IMG/VR virus record: IMGVR_UViG_3300043429_000004
Coordinates: 1-37,244 of that record
DNA from: a virus
Taxonomy: Duplodnaviria > Caudoviricetes
Reading direction: 5' to 3' (one strand)
Length of the DNA stretch: 37,244 nt
Positions 1-11,600 of this stretch are shown here, in pieces. A program made the translations under genes and the position numbers. Position 1 is the stretch's first letter; the number at the start of each line of letters is the position of its first letter. The notes under the pieces are model-generated. The model saw only the letters and a list, made by a program, of their open reading frames with translations. It searched no databases and was not told where the DNA came from.

Positions 1-794
1 GAGCTTCTATCATGCACAAGGTGACCCACTTTAAATGGGCACCGAAACCACACGCAGCTGAGTACGTGCATAACATACTGCAGCCAGCCATCCGGTTCGA
101 AAAGAAAGACTGCTTGGACCTACCCGAAGTTACGCACGTGTCGCGTGACGCGCCGCTGACAACGCAGCAGAGCAAGTACTACAAGATGCTCAAGGACCAG
201 CTGCTGATTGAGACAGGCGGCGAAGAAGTCAGTGCGGTCAACGCAGCTACACAGATAAACAAGCTGCTGCAGATAAGCGGAGGCGCGGTCTATACGGACA
301 CTGGCGAGGTGCTGGAGTTCGATGTGTCTAACCGGGTTAACGTCGTACTTGAAGTCATAGAGGAAGCCAGCAACAAGGTGCTGGTCTTCGTGCCGTTCAC
401 GCACACTATTGAGATACTTCGCGCTAGGCTGGAGAAGGAAGGCATCTCGTGCGGCGTCATCAACGGCAAGGTATCACTGAATAAGCGCAGCGACATCATC
501 GAGCGGTTCCAGACGAGCAAAGACCCACACGTGCTTATCATCCAGCCACAGGCTGCATCGCACGGTCTGACCCTAACGGAAGCGGATACAATCATCTGGT
601 ATGCGCCAGTAACCAGCGTGGAAACATACTTGCAGGCTAACGCCCGTATCGACCGTCCCGGCCAGAAGAACGCCATGACCATCGTGCATATCAAGGGCAG
701 TCCGGTAGAGGAGCGGCTGTATAGTATGCTCCAGAACAATATCACCAACCACAAAAAACTTATTGACTTGTATAAGGAAGTTATGGAAATATAG
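1..794 (+). CDS. SNF2-family (SF2) helicase, C-terminal HELICc half; 5'-truncated by the window edge
   Basis: Frame is open from the window start. It carries SNF2-type C-terminal motifs KVLVF, IIQPQAASHGLTLT (motif V) and YLQANARIDRPGQ (motif VI), plus the KLLQISGG helix typical of phage SNF2 helicases. Confidence 0.9.
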   Translation, partial: ASIMHKVTHFKWAPKPHAAEYVHNILQPAIRFEKKDCLDLPEVTHVSRDAPLTTQQSKYYKMLKDQLLIETGGEEVSAVNAATQINKLLQISGGAVYTDTGEVLEFDVSNRVNVVLEVIEEASNKVLVFVPFTHTIEILRARLEKEGISCGVINGKVSLNKRSDIIERFQTSKDPHVLIIQPQAASHGLTLTEADTIIWYAPVTSVETYLQANARIDRPGQKNAMTIVHIKGSPVEERLYSMLQNNITNHKKLIDLYKEVMEI

Positions 795-796
795 TA

Positions 797-826
797 TTTG
801 ACACTGTCAAAGATTAGTGGTAGCTA
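797..826 (+). promoter_or_regulatory. Putative sigma70-type promoter whose -35 box is embedded in a 15-bp palindrome (operator candidate)
   Basis: TTGACA at 798-803, a 17-bp spacer, then TG-G-TAGCTA (extended -10 lacking T-7) at 818-826. TTTGACA-C-TGTCAAA (797-811) is a perfect inverted repeat. It sits in an AT-rich intergenic gap. Confidence 0.6.
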
Positions 827-869
827 ACAATATAACAAACCACAATCACAACCAAGAAGGAGCAAGCAT

Positions 870-1271
870 ATGGATGATTTACCCGTAGACCAGCTTGTGC
901 GCGTCTATCGCAAGATACGTGATGTCGTGCAGGCTAAGGAAGACGCCCACAAAGCCGAGATTGCAGAGCTTAAGGGGCAGATGGACCTAGTTAGCGCCAA
1001 GCTACTTGAGGTCTGCAACACACAGAACGTGGACAGCCTGCGTACCAAAGAAGGTACGATAACTAGGCGCGCTGCTACCCGCTACTGGACGAGCGATTGG
1101 GAGTCCATGTACAAGTTTCTTAAGGAGAATGATGTGATGCATCTTCTCGAACAGCGCATACACAATGGCAACATGCGCAATTACCTAGAGGAGAACCCCG
1201 ATAGTCTACCTGTCGGCCTCAATGCAGATACCAAGTATGTGCTTTCGGTTCGCAAACCAACAACCAAGTGA
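870..1271 (+). CDS. Conserved phage replication-module protein (coiled coil plus SLRTKEGT...DWESMY; loosely Gam-like)
   Basis: Strong RBS (AAGGAG) upstream. N-terminal coiled coil and a motif pattern I recall from small genes beside phage SSB/helicase genes. Function not established. Confidence 0.7.
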   Translation: MDDLPVDQLVRVYRKIRDVVQAKEDAHKAEIAELKGQMDLVSAKLLEVCNTQNVDSLRTKEGTITRRAATRYWTSDWESMYKFLKENDVMHLLEQRIHNGNMRNYLEENPDSLPVGLNADTKYVLSVRKPTTK

Positions 1272-1279
1272 GAGAAACA

Positions 1280-2206
1280 ATGACTAATTTGACCATCTTT
1301 AAAAACCCTAACGCCGTAGCCGCATCGGCACTACCACCATCGAAGATGGGTGCGCAGATTGCTTCGAGCATGGGCGGTTATAACCGTATCGCCACCAACA
1401 CCAACGGCACGTTCAAGCGTATCGTAAACGGTGAGCAGGTCGGTAAAGCCATCCGTGGTGAGTTCAACGCCATCATCCTTGCTATGCTAGAGAAGCCAAG
1501 CCGTAGCTACTACGCTAGTGACTACGACCTCGACGCTAAGGGCACCGCACCTGACTGCTTCTCTAACCTAAGTGACAAGCCAGAGGCATCTGCCTCCAAC
1601 CGTCAGGCATCCAACTGTGCCAGCTGCCCTAAGAACATAGACGGTTCGGGTAAGAACGGTAAGGGTAAAGCCTGTCGCTTCAGCCGCAAGGTCGCGTTGT
1701 TCTTAGACGGTGACGAGTCCGGCGACGTGTACCAGTTCAACATCCCAGCTAAGTCGCTATTTGGTAAGGGCACGGGCAACACCCTCCCGTTCGAGCAGTA
1801 CTGCCGCCATCTAGTATCTAACGGTGCAGCGCCTGACCGCGTGGTAACCACGGTTGCATATAACCTCGACGCAGAGACTATGGAGCTTAACTTTACTGCT
1901 GACCGGTTTATTACCCCAGAAGAGCTGGAGCGCGTCACTGAGGCACAAGAGAACGCTGCCACGACCCGCCTGATTAGCTTCGACATCGTGAAGGCTGCTG
2001 CCGCAGAAGAACCTGCTAAGCTTGCAGCACAAGCCGAGCCGAAGGCGAAGAAGCCATCGTTCTTAGACGCTGATGACGAAGACGAAGAGGAAGAAGACCT
2101 TCCCGAGCCAGTAAAGCGTCCATCCAAGAAGGCCACCGCTGAACCTACCGGCACTATTGCTGCTGTAGTAAGCCAGTGGGGCGACGACGAAGAAGACGAC
2201 GACTAA
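1280..2206 (+). CDS. Putative single-stranded DNA-binding protein with acidic C-terminal tail
   Basis: Likely start is ATG 1280 (GAGAG upstream) rather than GTG 1268. It has a Cys cluster (PDC...CASCPKN...KACR) and a very acidic tail (DADDEDEEEED...WGDDEEDDD), as in phage SSBs. Located in the replication module. Confidence 0.65.
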   Translation: MTNLTIFKNPNAVAASALPPSKMGAQIASSMGGYNRIATNTNGTFKRIVNGEQVGKAIRGEFNAIILAMLEKPSRSYYASDYDLDAKGTAPDCFSNLSDKPEASASNRQASNCASCPKNIDGSGKNGKGKACRFSRKVALFLDGDESGDVYQFNIPAKSLFGKGTGNTLPFEQYCRHLVSNGAAPDRVVTTVAYNLDAETMELNFTADRFITPEELERVTEAQENAATTRLISFDIVKAAAAEEPAKLAAQAEPKAKKPSFLDADDEDEEEEDLPEPVKRPSKKATAEPTGTIAAVVSQWGDDEEDDD

Positions 2207-2448
2207 TGAGTAGCGGCTATAGCTTACGGGTACAGGAGGCAAACGCCAAGGCGAGCAAACACAAGTTGGGTGTTCGCCTAGGTAGGCTCTGCATTGCGCA
2301 GGACATTCCTGTAGCCGTAGTCGCTAAGTGCACAGGCGTAACACGGCAGACAGTATATAATTGGTTCTGTGGGACTTCCATCCCACAGGGCACTGCCGTG
2401 GCGCTTATAGCTTCATATATGGCGAGTCTGGAGAGTTCTACTTCGTAG
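2206..2448 (+). CDS. Cro/XRE-like helix-turn-helix protein
   Basis: ATG 2206 overlaps the upstream TAA (TAATG). HTH signature VAVVAKCTGVTRQTVYNWFCG. Confidence 0.8.
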   Translation: MSSGYSLRVQEANAKASKHKLGVRLGRLCIAQDIPVAVVAKCTGVTRQTVYNWFCGTSIPQGTAVALIASYMASLESSTS

Positions 2449-2511
2449 CGGAGTAGGGAGCATTTTCTTTTAGAAGTGGGCGTATGAGTTGCCCTATGGA
2501 GTAGTGTCTGC

Positions 2512-5346
2512 GTGGCGGAGGAATTTGACCTTTTATCAGCGGTGCAGCCTCAAGAGGGTTGGTACGCTATCGTCGGGCTTAGCCCAGACAATAAACAGCA
2601 GGAGTTAGTAGAGACCCGCGAGGAAGCGGACGAATGGGCAAAGACCTTCCTCAACCAAGGTAAGAACGTATTCTTTGGTGTAGCTAAATATACTGACGGT
2701 AAGAGCCGCAAGAAAGAGAACGTGAAGGCGCTTAAGTCGCTCTGGCTCGACATAGACTGCGGACCAGAGAAGGATTACGATACACAGGACGAAGGCTTCA
2801 CGGCTCTTCGTGCCTTCTGTAAGACCGTAGGTATGCCCAAGCCTATCGTGGTTAACTCGGGGCGCGGTCTGCACGTATACTGGCCGCTAACCGAAGAAGT
2901 TACACGCGAAGAATGGGAGCCGGTATGTGCACGGCTGAAAGAAGTCTGCGCCACCAAGGGGCTACGTGTAGATAACAGCTGCTTCGAGGCAGCGCGCATC
3001 CTGCGTATTCCCGGCACTTTTAACTTTAAGGGTGATGTGCCGCTGCGCGTAGAGGTTCTGGTGGTCGGCAAGCCGACGCCCATGGCAGAGATACGTGACA
3101 TACTTGGCGTTAAAGAGACTAAGCCGTCGCCCCTAGGCGACCTTCCGGTGTTCGCACCTAGCCCGTTATCCAAAGTCATACAGGCTAGCATGGAGTCCAG
3201 CTTCACTAAGATTATGAACCGTGGGGACAAAGGCTGCGCACAGCTTAACTCCTGTTACGAAGACCGGGAGCATATATCCGAGCCGCGTTGGTTCTCGGCG
3301 TTGTCAATCGCAAAGTTCTGTAAGGACCGTAATAGGGCGATACACAAGTTATCTGCAGACCATCCGGACTACGACCCTGACAAGGTCGAGCAGAAGATAG
3401 GGCACATACTCGGGCCGCACACCTGCGTAGAGTTCGAGAAGAACAATCCCGGCGGATGCGGAAAGTGTCCGCACGCTGGCAAGATACGCTCACCTATTAC
3501 GCTAGGTAAAGAGCTGAAGGAGGCGACTCCGGAGGACAACGTAGTCATAGAAGAGACGAAGCTGGGGGCGATAAAGTTCCACATACCCGAGTTTCCCTTC
3601 CCCTACGTGCGTGGCAAGCATGGGGGCGTATGGCGCAAGGTTACGCCCAAGGACGAAGAAGAAAGCGTCGAGGACGTTGCGCTTGTGTATCCGTACGACA
3701 TCTACGTGGCCAAGCGGATGGATGACCCTGTTGAGGGTGGCGTAGCCCTTATCCGACTGCACACACCGCAGGACGGCGTCAAAGAGTTCACGGTGCACAA
3801 TTCCAAGATGGCGGACGGTACCGAGCTGAAGAAGCTTCTCGCCTCTAAGCACGTGATGTTGAGTTCAAAGACCGACTACGCATATCTAGTCGATTACATA
3901 GTTAAATCAGTGGCACAGTTTTTTCATAACGAGAAGGTAGAGCAAATGCGAAATCAATTTGGATGGGTCGATAACGACAGTAAGTTTATCATTGGTGACC
4001 GTGAGATAAGCGCGGAGGGGACGTACCATAGCCCACCGTCTTCCGTCACCAAGGTAGTAGCGGAGCACATGACAGCTAAGGGTACACTGGATAAGTGGCG
4101 CGAAGTGTTCGATCTGTACGGACGTCCGGGCCTTGAAGGGCATGCGTTTGCAGCAGCCACCGCCTTCGGTGCGCCTCTCTTACGCTTCTCTGGCCAGCGT
4201 GGGGCGATTATCAACGTGGTGCACCCTAAGTCGGGCACGGGTAAGACAACAGCCCTACAGATGGCTAACAGCGTGTATGGTGACCCTGTGGCGCTCTGCG
4301 CGAAGAAGGACGACACGTTCAACTCGAAGGTGTTCAAGATAGGCGTGTTCTGCAACCTGCATATCAGCTTCGACGAAATGTCCAACACTGAACCCAAGCA
4401 GCTGAGTGAGCTTGCCTACCTGATTACACAGGGCACCGGCAAGGACCGCATGAAGGCGTCCGCCAACGAGCTTCGGGCAAACCTGACGTCGTGGCAGACC
4501 ATCGCGCTGTGCTCGTCTAACCACTCGTTCTACGAGAAGTTGGAAATCAATAAGGGTTCGCCTGACGGTGAAACCATGCGCATCATCGAATACAGCATCG
4601 ACTATTCTGACGCGATTGACATCGAGTATGGCAAGAAGATGTTCGACCACCAGCTGCTTGAGAACTACGGGCATGCAGGTGACATCTACGCACGGTACCT
4701 GATTACGCACTATGATGAGGTGAAGGCGCTCTACGCTACGGTCCAACAGCGCATCGACACCAAGCTTAAGCTAACACAGCGTGAGCGTTTCTGGTCGGCA
4801 ACAGCGGCTGCTAACATAACGGGCATCTACATTGCCCTGCATCTGGGCCTGTGTAACTGGGACATTGCTGCTATCTTTAAGTGGACGTGCAAGATGGTGC
4901 TCAACCTACGCAACACCATGACCCCACCGCCTGAAGGCGACCAGCAGATACTGGGTGAGTTTATGAACGCCCGTCTAGGGAACATTCTCATCGTTAACGA
5001 TGGGGTAGACCGTCGCAGTAAGATGGCAGAAGTGCCGGGGTTGGAGCCTAAGCAGGAGCTTATGATACGCTACGAGCCTGACACAGCTAAGGTGTACATA
5101 ACTGCTAGCTCGTTCCGTGAGTATTGTGGTGCACGTAACATTGCTTACCGCTCTACGATTAACGCTATGAAGGCCAAGGGTCTGTACCTCGACGCGGAAA
5201 ACAAGCGCATGTCAAAGGGCATGAAGGTAAACACAGTGCCCGTACAAGCACTAATCTTTGACGCGAACCACCCAGACTTCAGCGGCATTACGGACCTGTT
5301 TAATAACGTAGTGTCTGCCGCGAAGCAGGACTCCGACGAAGAGTGA
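2512..5346 (+). CDS. Primase-helicase: RepB-like AEP primase, Cys-rich domain and DUF927 (Cch-like) helicase
   Basis: AEP motifs WLDIDC, VNSGRGLHVYWPL and RILRIPGTFN. Walker A PKSGTGKTT, Walker B ISFDEMSN, GTGKDRM. FGWVDND is typical of DUF927. GGAG lies upstream of the GTG start. Confidence 0.88.
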   Translation: MAEEFDLLSAVQPQEGWYAIVGLSPDNKQQELVETREEADEWAKTFLNQGKNVFFGVAKYTDGKSRKKENVKALKSLWLDIDCGPEKDYDTQDEGFTALRAFCKTVGMPKPIVVNSGRGLHVYWPLTEEVTREEWEPVCARLKEVCATKGLRVDNSCFEAARILRIPGTFNFKGDVPLRVEVLVVGKPTPMAEIRDILGVKETKPSPLGDLPVFAPSPLSKVIQASMESSFTKIMNRGDKGCAQLNSCYEDREHISEPRWFSALSIAKFCKDRNRAIHKLSADHPDYDPDKVEQKIGHILGPHTCVEFEKNNPGGCGKCPHAGKIRSPITLGKELKEATPEDNVVIEETKLGAIKFHIPEFPFPYVRGKHGGVWRKVTPKDEEESVEDVALVYPYDIYVAKRMDDPVEGGVALIRLHTPQDGVKEFTVHNSKMADGTELKKLLASKHVMLSSKTDYAYLVDYIVKSVAQFFHNEKVEQMRNQFGWVDNDSKFIIGDREISAEGTYHSPPSSVTKVVAEHMTAKGTLDKWREVFDLYGRPGLEGHAFAAATAFGAPLLRFSGQRGAIINVVHPKSGTGKTTALQMANSVYGDPVALCAKKDDTFNSKVFKIGVFCNLHISFDEMSNTEPKQLSELAYLITQGTGKDRMKASANELRANLTSWQTIALCSSNHSFYEKLEINKGSPDGETMRIIEYSIDYSDAIDIEYGKKMFDHQLLENYGHAGDIYARYLITHYDEVKALYATVQQRIDTKLKLTQRERFWSATAAANITGIYIALHLGLCNWDIAAIFKWTCKMVLNLRNTMTPPPEGDQQILGEFMNARLGNILIVNDGVDRRSKMAEVPGLEPKQELMIRYEPDTAKVYITASSFREYCGARNIAYRSTINAMKAKGLYLDAENKRMSKGMKVNTVPVQALIFDANHPDFSGITDLFNNVVSAAKQDSDEE

Positions 5347-5543
5347 AGGTAGCTGGGGTCAGCTACGATATAAACTGGCGCGCCTTTACCAAGGGCGCGT
5401 CACTCTTTTTCCCGTGCCTAGACCCTAAAGCTGCTAAGCGAGAGATACGCCCCGTGCTACGCAGGCTGAAGCTAAAAGTAGTGTATCGGAGCGTAGTGGA
5501 CACCAAATCTGGTATTAGGGGTTTACGTATCTGGCGAATATGA
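5343..5543 (+). CDS. Small basic hypothetical phage protein
   Basis: GTGA overlap with the primase stop. 66 aa ending GLRIWRI, followed directly by hairpins. Confidence 0.7.
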   Translation: MKVAGVSYDINWRAFTKGASLFFPCLDPKAAKREIRPVLRRLKLKVVYRSVVDTKSGIRGLRIWRI

Positions 5544-5556
5544 CTATGCATGACAC

Positions 5557-5623
5557 CGGAAGATGCTCCTTCCGTTTGGTTGATACTACCCCCGCTGGCG
5601 CTACTCCCCGGCGGGGGTTTTTT
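5557..5623 (+). terminator. Rho-independent terminator closing the replication operon (with a small upstream hairpin)
   Basis: Stem ACCCCCGCTGG (5588-5598) / CCGGCGGGGGT (5608-5618) with one G-U pair, followed by a T-run to 5623. A second hairpin CGGAAG/CTTCCG lies at 5557-5574. The T-run overlaps the stop codon of the convergent 2186-aa gene. Confidence 0.85.
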
Positions 5624-8600
5624 ATGGGCGGAACTTTTCTGCCATCCCAATGTCCTTCTTTGCAGTCTTCTTTTCAAGCCGCATGCCTTGTACAGTGCGC
5701 GACCGGACCTCTGCACGACCTTTGAGTGACCGCATGATGGTCTCTTCAGTAATTATGAAGCTAGGGTCTGGGTATGTACGGTTGAACGGGACAATCTCGT
5801 CAGCAACAAACTCCTTCAGCTGCTCCATAGAGCTTATCTCGCCCTCTTGTATCTTCCTATCCAAGGTAGATAGCAGCTGGGTCTTCTCCGCTTCAATCTT
5901 CTTTTCATTCTTGCCGCGTGTAATGTAATAGTCCTGCCACCGGGCAAGACGCATCGGGCGGAAGCCAGATATAGTGCGAAGCGTATCCAGTGCGGATATG
6001 TCGTCCTTGGCGATAATAGTGTCGCCCTTACCGCTAACAATGCCTTCGGCTTCACCCTGCTCTGCGGCTACCCACGAACGGATAAACGCAGGTGCCATCT
6101 TCTTCATAGCGCCGTACATGTCACCGTCAGCAAAGTTGTCCTTTGCGTTGAGCGCCTGAATAAGCATTTGCCCACCTGCGATGTTAGCCAAGGCAGTTTT
6201 TATTATGGTGTCTGAGGTCGAGTCACCTGTAACCGCTTCACGGAACCACATATTCTTGAGGTCAAGCGATGTACGGCTAGACAGTTCAGTGTTCGATAAA
6301 GCGCCAAGCGGACCGTGTATAAGAATGTCAGCCATCGACACGTCACCGACCACCGGCTCTCCGAACTTGTCCATTATCCATGCACGAAACATAATGTCAG
6401 AGTCGTAAGCGACACGCGGGTCGAGACCCATGAGCTTGCGCACGTCCTCGTCATCTTCTTCATCGAAGCTCTCGGCCAACGCCAATGCCATGACCGAGTA
6501 TAGCGGCATGCCAAGAATACCACCAAATACGCCCGCCATCATCAAGACGCCGCCTAATTCCTTCATAGCGCCAGCACGTGCAGCTTTTGCTTCTGGCGAA
6601 GCTCCGGGGTACAACCCACGACCGATATCCCGCATCGCCCCCACTAAGAACTTGGTCTGCAGGATGGGGTGCATCTTGAAGAGGAATAAGGCACGAGTCC
6701 AGTCTTTCTTCATAATGCTAGATCGCTCCCAGTTGGAGTAGTCACCTAGTGTATCACGCACTGTATCTAGCGCAGTTGTAACGGCCTTATCGAATACTGC
6801 CTGTTCAGCTTCGGGGCTCGGGTTCTTCGCCTTCTCAGCGTCATACGCCAGCTCAAATGCCATGAAGTACGATACTTGGCGCGAGATATTTTCCATACCT
6901 TGGAACATTACGCCCATGGCTTTACCAGTAAGTGCAGCGGCCTCTACCGCTGTGCGCGTTGCACCCGTACGGTGCTTCTTAGCCGTTTCCCGCTCGTTCT
7001 GGATTAGAGTGTCCTGCACGGTCTCGAGCACGTTGCGCTCCATACCCGCCGCCATAGCCTTGCGTAGAAGCTTACCACGTGGAGTATCTGCGTTAACCAG
7101 CTTTGAACTCAGCACATCTGGCATCAGCACATCAAGCTCATCGCCCACACCGGCTAGGCCGGTACGCGTAGTCTGCACCTTAGCTTTACCTAATGTGTCC
7201 CATACCCGCATGTACTTAAACCAAATCGCCGTACCCTTAGCGACACCGTAATCACGCCACAGGCGGGGCACAACGCGTATGGGTATCGAGGTAAGCTGCA
7301 GCATGGCTGTCGCTGGCGCTGTCAGGTAGTAGAAGTATGACGCACGGTTCAGCAGGTTTATCATAGCAGACTGCGGGCTTGGGTTTATCTCGTCCTCTGC
7401 CCGTTCCTCAAGCTCATCTATAACCGAGTTGTATTTCGCCCGTAGGGTTGCGTCGCGGTCAGATACGTTGTCCCGTGCTTCCCCTATCTTGAGGCGAATG
7501 TCCCCGGCATAGGCCAACTTGCTTAGCTGGTTAGCATAGTTACTAGCTTGCGACGCAAAGTGCTGCAGCAGGTCCTGCTGGAAACCCACTACTTCTTGGG
7601 CGTGCATGAACCGGCGGCGCACCGACCGTTCTGGCGTAGATAGCAACCACGTCTGGTAGATGCTGTCCGTAAGGTCTTTGAAACTGTTAGCGTCGATACC
7701 CTTGGTACCAGCAAACTCAGCCTTAGCCTTGCTAACTAGGTCGAATATCTTCTGCATCATCTGGTCGTCAGACTTCAGGTTTTCCTGCAGTTGAGCGATA
7801 TCGTACCCTATGGTTATCACGTCGCTGTCCTCGGGGTTCACACCCAAGCGCTTAGCTATGGCCTTCTGGGCATCCTGCATTTCTTTGGCAGTAGTGAACT
7901 GGTAGAACTCCCGCTCCCGCGTACCGTCTTTTGCCGCTGCTACACGTACATAATACTGGCCAGCGCGCATGAATGGGAAGTAGTCCTTGGTGAACAGGTC
8001 GGAGTTGAGGTCGTGGAATATGTCCCCGCTCTTCTTCGCTTCATCCGGGTTCATCACTTCGCGCATCATGTCTGCACGTAGGTCGCGCAGGCGCTTAGCT
8101 TCTGCCTCACCAGCAATAGTCGAAATGCGACCGTCTAGTAGCGCCAGCTCTGCTTCGAACATGTCTTTGTAGTAGGCGCGTATCTCTTTATACAGCTTGT
8201 GGCCGTTCTTAATCTCGGCCAGCTCGTCCCACAGCTTATGCACGTCACGGATACGACGGGTAAGTTCTGCAATCTGGTCTGTCTGGGCACTCGTCTTTTG
8301 GCGGTCGATAGCAGTTTTAGATAGGTCCGCTAACAGCTTGCGCATGTCGTCAGACCTTTTTACCTTGTCGCCCTTTACCCCCACTACTTCCTTACCCTGC
8401 ATAGTTAGAGCCTTCATCTCGGCTATTATGCGGGCGGCTAGCGCTTTGTCGTTCGAGTTCTTCAGTACGCGAGCCTCAATCTCCTTCATCGCAGGATGAT
8501 TAGCAAGCGCCTCATCAGCAGACTTAAACTCGTCAGGGGAGTATTCGTTTATACGGGCAGTGCTCATGGTCGTAGCCAGCACTTTGTCTTTGTCGGCCAG

Positions 8601-11600
8601 AAGAAACTCGTCCAGCTCACGGCCTATATCCTCAGAGGCTTTGATAATGTTAGCCTTCATGGCCGACATCTTCTGCACCAGCGTGTCAATCTCACGGATA
8701 CTAGGCAGGTCTGGGCCAAACCAGTTTAAGATGCCGGACGTCGGTATAGTCTTCAGTATAGCCTTTAACGTAGGCGGACCCATGCCGTCGGAGTTGTCTT
8801 TGAACGCGTTAAGGAAGGCGCTGAACGAACGCCCCTCCACGGCTTTACCTATGCCGTCAGCTATGCCGTTAGTGGACGTAGACTTCTTGGCACGCCGCAG
8901 ACCATCGCTCATCGAGGCCGAGGTTTCTTCCAGCGCTTCCTTGTCTTTCTTGGTGGTCTTAGGCCGGGAGTATTTTGTAGCGCGTGGTGCGGTGGTGTCC
9001 CACCCACTGATATACCGCATGCCCTTAACCAGCGTGCTTTCTTGTGCACCGCTTACGACACGCTCGTGGCCTGCGGCCAGTATAGCCTCTACATCCGCAT
9101 CGCTGATTGCTAGGTTGATACCCAGCTTACGTGCAAAGTTACGTATAATAGCTGCAATGCGCTTGAGCATATTTGGCCGGATTTGTCCGGTCTCGGACAT
9201 TTCAGCTAGGACTTCTTCTACTGCACGGGCGACCCGGTCAGTGTCTTTTGCGTATGCCTCTGGGTTAGCAGCTAGCCACGCGTCGGTTTGCGTCCGTATG
9301 TTACCATTGCTTTTGTATAGCGCGGTCAAAGCGCCGTCTAGCTCGCCACGGAACAGCTTCTCAAGGCCAACGTGACCAAGAGCTTCATGGAACAGCACCG
9401 CCTTAGCGCGCTCTACGGACTCAAGGTTGTCGGCAATCAGATACACTGCGCCATCAGGAGCCACGAAGCCTTCTGCGTTAGTGGCGTTGTCCTGCATGAC
9501 AGCCCGGCGTATCTTAGCGTCAGCTATGTCGCTAACTGACTGTACCACCTCAACTACGGGTGGGCCTTTCCACACCGATACGATAGCATCTACCGCTGCA
9601 CGGACCTTGGATACGTCGGTCTTGACTTGGCCCGGCTGCGTTTCACCCCTACGGTACTTTGATACACGGCTTTCAGCTAGGTCAATTTTGGCATCGCGTA
9701 GCTCCTTTTGGTCGCCCTCCTGCAACGCATCTTTAATGCGTATCTTGGCACCAAGTTGCTCGTCTTTGCGCATCTCTGACATGGAGCGTAGCCGCGACCG
9801 GATCGGGTTCAGCATGCGGTTGTTTACGAGCTTAGTCAGCTTCTCGTTGGCGACGGCCAGTTCTGCTTCAGCGGCTTTAGCCTCAACGCCTGTGGTGTTG
9901 CGGAACTTGGACATTGCTGCCCGTGCTTCTTCTTCAGCCTTGGCGATGTTGTCCTGCGGGCGACCGAACTTGTCGTACGCATCGGGACGCTCTAGCTGGC
10001 GGATAAGCTCTGTACGCTGGTTGTTGTCTATCTCACCGCGCTCACGTGCAGCATCAATCTCTGCAGTAAGCTCTTGCACCATCGACGTAGCTACAGTGGG
10101 CTTTGCGGAGTCCGTATCTGGTATAGCCGCAGCGGGAGCAACGTATGGCATGAGGTCCATAGCCTGCTCTTCGAAGTCCTTCAGGGTGTCTGCAGCTGCA
10201 AACAACTCGCCGTCTGGGCCTACTACCCGGTAGGGTTTTGGGCTGGTTTCATCGACCTGCACACTATAGGCTTCGTTAGCAGGATTAGCACGACGAATGG
10301 CGTCCTCGATGTTCTTTACGAACTGGGCCTTATATTCCTCGTCCTTCGCTGCGCGCTCTTGCTGCAGCCTATCAAACTCGTCAGCCTGTGCCTGACGCTC
10401 GGCTTCACGCTGCTCCGGTGCGAGCGCACCCTGCTCCAGCTTGCGCTGCTGGATTTCCTCAAACTTGTCGAGGCGGTTTTCTTCCTGCGTGGGCAGTGCG
10501 CCAAACAGACCTTCTTGACCTGCGGCTTCTACCGTGCTCGCACTTGGTGGGCGTCCCCTACGCGAGTACTTGATTGCGGGTGCACCGGGCACTTCGTTGG
10601 CGATGTCGTCTAGGACGGACTCAGCTTCCCTTGTGTCCATGCCTGTGGTTGCAGCAAAGTCACTTACTGTATTGTAGTTACCCGCTGTATCCGGGTTGTT
10701 TAGTATAGTCGCCGCTCGTGCGGGAGTAACAATGGTGGGCTGTTTAACACCACGCTGGTACGGAGCCCCAGCAGGTGGAGCCTGAATATCTTCCTCAATA
10801 TCAAGTGGTTCAACACCCGTAGCCTCGGCCTCGCGCATACGCTGCATGACGGCTTCTTCTTCGGTATCCACTGGAGGTGGCCCAGTGAAGTTAGGTCCTG
10901 TACCTTCTTCAGCTGTCGCTTCAGCATCGGCTTGCGCCATCCGCTCGGCACGTGCTTGCTCTAGCTCTGCAGCCTGCTTCTCGATAGCGGCCTTCTGCTT
11001 CACCATGGTGTCTACGACTTGCTGGGCTTTCTCCAGCGGGAACCCGCGCTTAGTGAACCGCTCAACTGCACCGGATACAGCTTCTTCAGTCGGCTCTTCG
11101 GGCATCGCATCGAGTTCTTGAGCGACTTCTTTCGAGAGCATCTCACGGTTTTCTGCACGCGCCTCACGCGCACCCCCATAGCCACCTAGGAATAGGGACG
11201 CGATACCTTCAGACGCAGCCTGACCGGCTACACCCTTCCACGTATCTACACCGAAACCTTCACGCTGCAGCGCTAGGTTCTGGGACAACTGTTCTTGCCC
11301 ACCTTGTACAGCTTCTGGTGCAGCTTCTATCGCCGCGCTTTTAGCGGCTCCGCCTAACACGCTACGCTTAGCACCGACTTCTACGGCCTCACGCGCTGCT
11401 ACCCTAGCGGCAACGTTCTTGGCTGCATTCGAGCCTATACTACGTGCGAACTGTGGTGGGAAACCAGTAGCCGAAGCGAGCGCGCCTATTGCACCGCCAA
11501 GTGCAATCTGGTCCATGTTCTTGCCGCCGTACTCCTGCGCCTTCTCAGCTGCAGCTTCGGCATCTTGTTTAGACGCACCGCCCTTTACGAACTCGTCGTA

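Noticed and set aside
5540-5725. 61-aa plus-strand ORF after the replication operon
   Set aside because: It crosses the terminator and overlaps the convergent large gene.
8560-10233. Long plus-strand ORFs (271 and 268 aa)
   Set aside because: Antisense shadows within the 2186-aa gene with Ser/Arg-rich, non-protein-like composition.
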